Origin: Pseudoalteromonas translucida KMM 520
Lineage (GTDB): Bacteria > Pseudomonadota > Gammaproteobacteria > Enterobacterales > Alteromonadaceae
Reading direction: 5' to 3'
DNA: 32,000 bases
Assembly: GCF_001465295.1 (NCBI RefSeq)
Contig: NZ_CP011034.1
Location: 3,090,001 to 3,122,000, forward strand
Positions 27,454-32,000 of this stretch are shown piece after piece; the first letter of the stretch is position 1, and every line of letters begins with the position of its first letter. A program made the position numbers and the translations under genes. The notes under the pieces are model-generated. The model searched no databases and was not told the origin of the DNA. It saw only the letters and a list, made by a program, of their open reading frames with translations.

Positions 27454-29472
27454 TTATTCAGGTTTTTTAAGCATAGCGCGTAAATTAGCTACACGCGCCT
27501 GACCTTTTTCCATTCGCTCGGCTTGGCTATTAGGTGCTTTTTTATTCTCGAATGCTAAATCATCTTGTGGTAGCTCTTGCACAAAACGACTGAGCTCTGT
27601 TTGTGATGTTTCGCCAAATTGACGACGTATTTTGGCATAGGTTAAGGTGAGTTCTTGTTGAGCTCGGGTGATCCCAACATACGCAAGGCGACGCTCTTCA
27701 TCTACGTTGTCCTCATCAATACTTACCTGATGCGGTAACAAGCCCTCTTCCATGCCCACCATAAACACGTACGGATACTCTAGTCCTTTTGATGCATGCA
27801 AGGTTGATAACTGCACCGCGTCGGCTTCATCTTCTTCTTCGTTACGCTCTAACATATCGCGTAATGTAAGTTTGCTCACTACTTCGGCCAAAGTCATGGG
27901 TTCGTTATCGGCGTCGCCGGTTAGCATATCGGTGATCCACCGATATAACTCCGATACGTTTTTCATCCGCATTTCAGCCGCTTTGGCACTGGGTGATGAC
28001 TCGTATAAATACGCTTCGTAGTTAATGTTACGTACTAAATCTTTAACCGCTTCTAGGGTATCACCGCGCACCGCGTTGTCAGATAGCTCCACAACCCAAC
28101 GTGCAAACCCAGTAAGTGCGTTCAAACCACGCCCTTTTAGTCTATAACCTAGGTCATTATCAAAACAGGTAGCAAATAAACTCATGTGCTTTTCGTTTGC
28201 GAGCGTGCCCAGCTTTTCGAGTGTCACCGTGCCTATTTCGCGCCGTGGCGTATTTACTATACGTAAAAATGCATTGTCATCGTCTTGATTAACCAACAGT
28301 CGTAAATAGGCCATAATATCTTTAATTTCTGAGCGCGAGAAAAACGACATACCACCGCTAATTTTGTATGGAATACGGTTACTCATTAACGATTTTTCAA
28401 AGCCTCGCGCTTGATGATTACCACGATATAAAATAGCGTAATCTTTGTAGCTAGTGCGTTTCATAAACTTATGCGAAATAATTTCAGCCACTACGCGCTC
28501 AGACTCATGCTCTTCATCACGACAACCAATTACTTTTATTGGCTCACCATAACCGAGCTCACTAAACAGCTTTTTTTCAATGTCGTGCGGATTGTTGGCA
28601 ATTAATATATTAGCCGCTTTAAGAATACGCCCTGCACTACGATAGTTTTGCTCCAGCTTAATAAGTCTAAGCCCGGGGAAGTCTTTACTTAATAACACTA
28701 AGTTTTGCGGACGCGCACCGCGCCATGAGTAAATTGATTGATCGTCATCGCCTACCACAGTAAAACGGGCGCGCTCACCTACTAACAGCTTAACAAGTTG
28801 GTATTGGCTGGTATTGGTATCTTGGTACTCATCCACCAGCAAGTATTTAAAGCGTTGCTGCCAGCGCACCCGGGAAGTGGCATTATTAGTAAGGAGCAAA
28901 GTAGGGATCATTATTAAGTCGTCAAAGTCTAGTGCATTGTATGCACGTAACTGGTTTTGATAACGCCCATAAAGCTGTGCAAATAATGCTTTTTGTGGCT
29001 CTTGCGCTTCGCGGATTGCTTGCTCTGGTAAAATTAATTCGTTTTTCCAGCTACCTATTGCCATTTTTAATAGCTTGAGTAGGTCTTTATCATTTTTAAG
29101 TTCGTCTTCGGTTAAATCATTTAATAACTGGTTGGTATCTTGATCGTCAAATAGCGAAAAACCCGGCTTAAAGCCCAGTGTACTAAGCTCTTTTTTGATA
29201 ATTTCTAAACCCAGCGTATGAAATGTAGATACCCAAAGCCCTTTGGCATCTTGCTTGCCAAGTGTTTGCAAAACACGCTCACGCATCTCTTTAGCGGCTT
29301 TATTGGTAAAAGTAACCGCGGCAATATTCCGCGCTTTATACTCACACTTTTTCACTAAATATGCGATTTTATTAGTAATAACACGCGTTTTACCAGAGCC
29401 AGCTCCAGCAAGCACTAAGCATGGCCCACTAATATATTTTACCGCTTCATCTTGTTTAGGATTGAGTTTCAT
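27454..29472 (-). CDS. rep: ATP-dependent DNA helicase Rep
   Basis: [39 protein letters not shown] matches the E. coli Rep N-terminus. The 672-aa length fits Rep rather than UvrD. SF1 helicase motifs are present throughout. The start is taken at the MKLNP Met. Confidence 0.94.
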   Translation of the reverse strand: MKLNPKQDEAVKYISGPCLVLAGAGSGKTRVITNKIAYLVKKCEYKARNIAAVTFTNKAAKEMRERVLQTLGKQDAKGLWVSTFHTLGLEIIKKELSTLGFKPGFSLFDDQDTNQLLNDLTEDELKNDKDLLKLLKMAIGSWKNELILPEQAIREAQEPQKALFAQLYGRYQNQLRAYNALDFDDLIMIPTLLLTNNATSRVRWQQRFKYLLVDEYQDTNTSQYQLVKLLVGERARFTVVGDDDQSIYSWRGARPQNLVLLSKDFPGLRLIKLEQNYRSAGRILKAANILIANNPHDIEKKLFSELGYGEPIKVIGCRDEEHESERVVAEIISHKFMKRTSYKDYAILYRGNHQARGFEKSLMSNRIPYKISGGMSFFSRSEIKDIMAYLRLLVNQDDDNAFLRIVNTPRREIGTVTLEKLGTLANEKHMSLFATCFDNDLGYRLKGRGLNALTGFARWVVELSDNAVRGDTLEAVKDLVRNINYEAYLYESSPSAKAAEMRMKNVSELYRWITDMLTGDADNEPMTLAEVVSKLTLRDMLERNEEEDEADAVQLSTLHASKGLEYPYVFMVGMEEGLLPHQVSIDEDNVDEERRLAYVGITRAQQELTLTYAKIRRQFGETSQTELSRFVQELPQDDLAFENKKAPNSQAERMEKGQARVANLRAMLKKPE

Positions 29473-29635
29473 AACGACCAAAGAGATTTTAAAAGACGGG
29501 CAATTTTAACGTAACCATTACAGCGAGCATAGCAATTGCACTAATTAATTAGATAAAGATCAACCTGTGTTAAATACACTGGCTATAAGGTAATATTAGT
29601 TATTATAAATTCTGGGCAACTGCCAAGGGACGAAC

Positions 29636-29899
29636 ATGATTAATCCAGCAAAACTTGAAGAAATTGCAAAGCAAATCACTAGTAATATGCCACAAGGCGT
29701 AAAAAACTTAGCCGATACACTCGAAGGTAAAACCAAACAAGTTTTACAAAACAAGCTTGCTGAGATGGACTTTGTAAGTCGTGAAGAGTTTGATGTACAA
29801 AGCCAAGTACTGATCCGTACACGCGAAAAGCTAACCGAACTTGAAGCTAAAGTTGCACTGTTAGAACAACAACTTAGCATTCAGCCAGATGCTGAATAA
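29636..29899 (+). CDS. ubiK: Ubiquinone biosynthesis accessory factor UbiK (YqiC/BMFP family)
   Basis: 87-aa coiled-coil protein. VSREEFDVQSQVLIRTREKL matches E. coli YqiC as recalled. Confidence 0.88.
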   Translation: MINPAKLEEIAKQITSNMPQGVKNLADTLEGKTKQVLQNKLAEMDFVSREEFDVQSQVLIRTREKLTELEAKVALLEQQLSIQPDAE

Positions 29900-29914
29900 T
29901 AAATGCGCTTAAAG

Positions 29915-29943
29915 TAAAAAAGCAGCCTTGGCTGCTTTTTTTG
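29915..29943. terminator. Bidirectional terminator between convergent ubiK and the oxidoreductase gene
   Basis: AAAAAA-GCAGCC-TT-GGCTGC-TTTTTTT. Confidence 0.82.
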
Positions 29944-29956
29944 TTTTGTAATAGTG

Positions 29957-30601
29957 CTAATGAAATAGCTCATCAAGTACATAGTAAGCTAAATTGCTCT
30001 GCTGCGCGCAACTCACAACCAGCATTTTTTGCGCTACTTGCTCCCCAGTTATTGGTTTATAGCGTTTTAAAAGTGGCAGACAAGTCATAATAGGTAAAAT
30101 AACACTGCCTATTTTCTCAGCTACTCTAAACTGCTTACGGTTGCCTAATAATAACGACGGCTGAAAAATACTGATCCGTGCAAAAGGCAGTTGCTTAATC
30201 TGCTGCTCTAGTTGCCCCTTCATTTTTAAATAAGGGCTAGTGCTGTGCGCATTTGCACCACTTGATGACACCAAGCAGTAATGTTGCACACTATTACTTG
30301 CGGCTAATTGCGCGGCAATAAATTGATAATTGAAATCAACTCTTCGCTGCGCCGCAATTGAGCCGGCTTGCTTTTTAGTAGTACCTAAGCAAGAAAAAAA
30401 CACATCGCCTTTAAATAGTGCAGCGTATTGAGTTAACTCATCAAACTCAATTATATGATTAACGAGTTTTGGATGACGCATGCTTAACGCGCGGCGGCTT
30501 AAGGCAATCACATTAGAAAAATAGGCGCTTTGTAGTAACTTTTTTAATAACTCATTTCCTACTAACCCTGTTGCACCTATGATCACCGCCGTTTTTGTCA
30601 T
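29957..30601 (-). CDS. NAD(P)H-binding oxidoreductase (YraR / HTATIP2-like atypical SDR)
   Basis: N-terminal IIGATGLVG Rossmann motif. 214 aa. Confidence 0.72.
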   Translation of the reverse strand: MTKTAVIIGATGLVGNELLKKLLQSAYFSNVIALSRRALSMRHPKLVNHIIEFDELTQYAALFKGDVFFSCLGTTKKQAGSIAAQRRVDFNYQFIAAQLAASNSVQHYCLVSSSGANAHSTSPYLKMKGQLEQQIKQLPFARISIFQPSLLLGNRKQFRVAEKIGSVILPIMTCLPLLKRYKPITGEQVAQKMLVVSCAQQSNLAYYVLDELFH

Positions 30602-30609
30602 CGCGTTAA

Positions 30610-31269
30610 TTATCCATGGCCAAGTTTTGAAAACACATGTTGCACGGCTTTTTTATAAGTGTCGGCTTCTTCTGATGCACAAGTCACTACTGACTCTAGG
30701 TCATGTAGGTGGCCATTTTCTAGGCCGTAAACCCAACCGTGAATCGATAAATTTTGTCCACGTGCCCATGCGTCTTGTACTATATTAGTACGCGCTACAT
30801 TACGTACCTGCTCAATTACATTAAGCTCTATTAAACGGCTTAAACGCTCTTTTTCAGGCACTGCATTTAATTGCTCCAGGTGTTTTTCTTTTACATCACC
30901 AACATGGCGCAGCCAATTATCAATAAAGCCAAAGCGGGCTTCATCTAGTACTGCTTGTACACCACCACAACCATAATGCCCCACCACCATAATGTGTTTA
31001 ACTTTTAATACTTCAACAGCATATTGCATTACCGATAAACAGTTATGATCTGTATGTACAACCACGTTTGCTACGTTACGATGTACAAATAGCTCACCGG
31101 GGAGTAAATCTACAATTTGATTGGCTGGCACACGAGAGTCGGAGCAACCAATCCATAAGTACTCTGGATTTTGCTGCATTGATAATATTTTAAAAAAGTC
31201 AGGATCTGCTTTACTGGTGCGATCTGCCCAACGTTTATTATTGTCGAATAAATTTTTTAGCTTTCTCAT
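30610..31269 (-). CDS. can: Beta-class carbonic anhydrase
   Basis: Motifs LWIGCSDSRVPA and VVGHYGCGGV, with near collinearity to E. coli Can as recalled. The start is set at ATG 31269 (MRKLKNLFDNNKRWA) because the ORF-track start at 31344 would overlap the upstream gene by 64 nt. Confidence 0.92.
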   Translation of the reverse strand: MRKLKNLFDNNKRWADRTSKADPDFFKILSMQQNPEYLWIGCSDSRVPANQIVDLLPGELFVHRNVANVVVHTDHNCLSVMQYAVEVLKVKHIMVVGHYGCGGVQAVLDEARFGFIDNWLRHVGDVKEKHLEQLNAVPEKERLSRLIELNVIEQVRNVARTNIVQDAWARGQNLSIHGWVYGLENGHLHDLESVVTCASEEADTYKKAVQHVFSKLGHG

Positions 31270-31280
31270 TGCATCTCTTT

Positions 31281-32000
31281 TCAGTTCGAAGACGGATAAT
31301 TTGCCAAGATCAAAATATTGCGCGGTGTTAACTGCTTTGCGCAAAACGTTTTAATACTGACTTGATAGCCTTGTTGCTGTAAATATAAAGCACGATCGAG
31401 CACAAGCCAAACTTCTATTGCTCTTCTGAACACATGTCGAACCAGTTCAACACGGTCAGTTACTTTCATTCTGGCCTGCCCAATAAGTAAAAATTTATTA
31501 TAATCAATTTCTTGCGTTAACTTTAACGACTTTTTGTCTGCAGCCCATGCACAAAATGATTTAAATGAATCTGAAAATACCGCCTTGTTAACCGACGGCA
31601 CACTGACGTAATGTTGCTCATTAGTAATCGATTTTCGCAGGGCATCAAACCCGAGCCGCCATGCAACTTCAGTGTTACGCACTTTAACTATGCGTGAAGG
31701 CGCGGTTACCATTTCTTGAAGTGCGAGCTTTAAGTCGCGATGGGTTAAGTTAAGAGGACTTTGCTGTGCAAGCGTACTCATTGCTAGGTAATTATCTGGA
31801 GTAAATAAATGATAACAACAAGGAGAGAAACTAATGTTAGAGACTTTAGCTACACTGGCCTGCTGCATAAAAGCTTGATGTAAACCGCCGCAAGCATGTA
31901 GAGCTACTGCGTGCATATCGGCTTTAAAAAAATCAGTAATATCATCGCTTAGTACATCAGCTTGGCTAAAATGCATAGCTAAGCCTTGCTGCTTTGCACT
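31281..32000 (-). CDS. SAM-dependent methyltransferase-like protein (Methyltransf_32-like), 5' partial
   Basis: The reading frame stays open to the window edge upstream of the Met at 31976. It has the motif VALHACGGLH but no SAM motif I within the visible part, so the N-terminus is probably outside the window. The gene ends 11 nt before can. Confidence 0.6.
   Translation of the reverse strand, partial: SAKQQGLAMHFSQADVLSDDITDFFKADMHAVALHACGGLHQAFMQQASVAKVSNISFSPCCYHLFTPDNYLAMSTLAQQSPLNLTHRDLKLALQEMVTAPSRIVKVRNTEVAWRLGFDALRKSITNEQHYVSVPSVNKAVFSDSFKSFCAWAADKKSLKLTQEIDYNKFLLIGQARMKVTDRVELVRHVFRRAIEVWLVLDRALYLQQQGYQVSIKTFCAKQLTPRNILILANYPSSN

Noticed and set aside
29596-29880. 94-aa minus-strand ORF overlapping ubiK
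   Set aside because: The plus-strand frame has clear YqiC/UbiK similarity. The minus frame is Ser/Cys/Leu-rich with no similarity to anything I recognise.

Overview
This window looks like core chromosome from an AT-rich marine gammaproteobacterium. Protein sequences and gene order look Alteromonadales, probably Pseudoalteromonas-like, but this is inferred by eye and unverified. I call 22 intact protein genes, all housekeeping or sensory. They are hutH (5' partial), an SDR, secA, mutT, an M13 peptidase, a DUF721/DciA-like protein, pmbA, yjgA, hemN, a DUF2489 protein, yihI, cytochrome c4, engB, a DUF1285 protein, a YceI-like protein, polA, elbB, cytochrome c5, a GAF-GGDEF-degenerate-EAL protein, rep, ubiK, an NAD(P)H-binding oxidoreductase, can, and a partial methyltransferase. 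One methyl-accepting chemotaxis protein gene is broken by an 8-nt tandem triplication. I found no tRNA, rRNA, CRISPR, IS/transposon, prophage or defence-like cassette, and no multi-gene novel system. The unexplained signal is all non-coding. (1) A ~360-nt ORF-free element between cytochrome c4 and yihI carries 9 GGA motifs on the minus strand and 0 on the plus strand. It has its own -10 element, a UvrY/GacA-like upstream box and a strong terminator, so it is a Csr/Rsm-family sRNA candidate at the position csrC occupies in E. coli. (2) A ~146-nt promoter-to-terminator unit lies just downstream of polA, where spf (Spot 42) sits in E. coli, but it has no visible Spot 42 similarity and carries CU-rich anti-SD stretches. 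(3) A 142-151-bp tandem array reiterates the 3' end of the DUF1285 gene. (4) An ~830-bp ORF-free region upstream of polA contains tandem DnaA boxes, a tight GATC cluster and a long imperfect hairpin. All coordinates of small elements were hand-counted (about +/-2 nt). No searches or folding programs were run.
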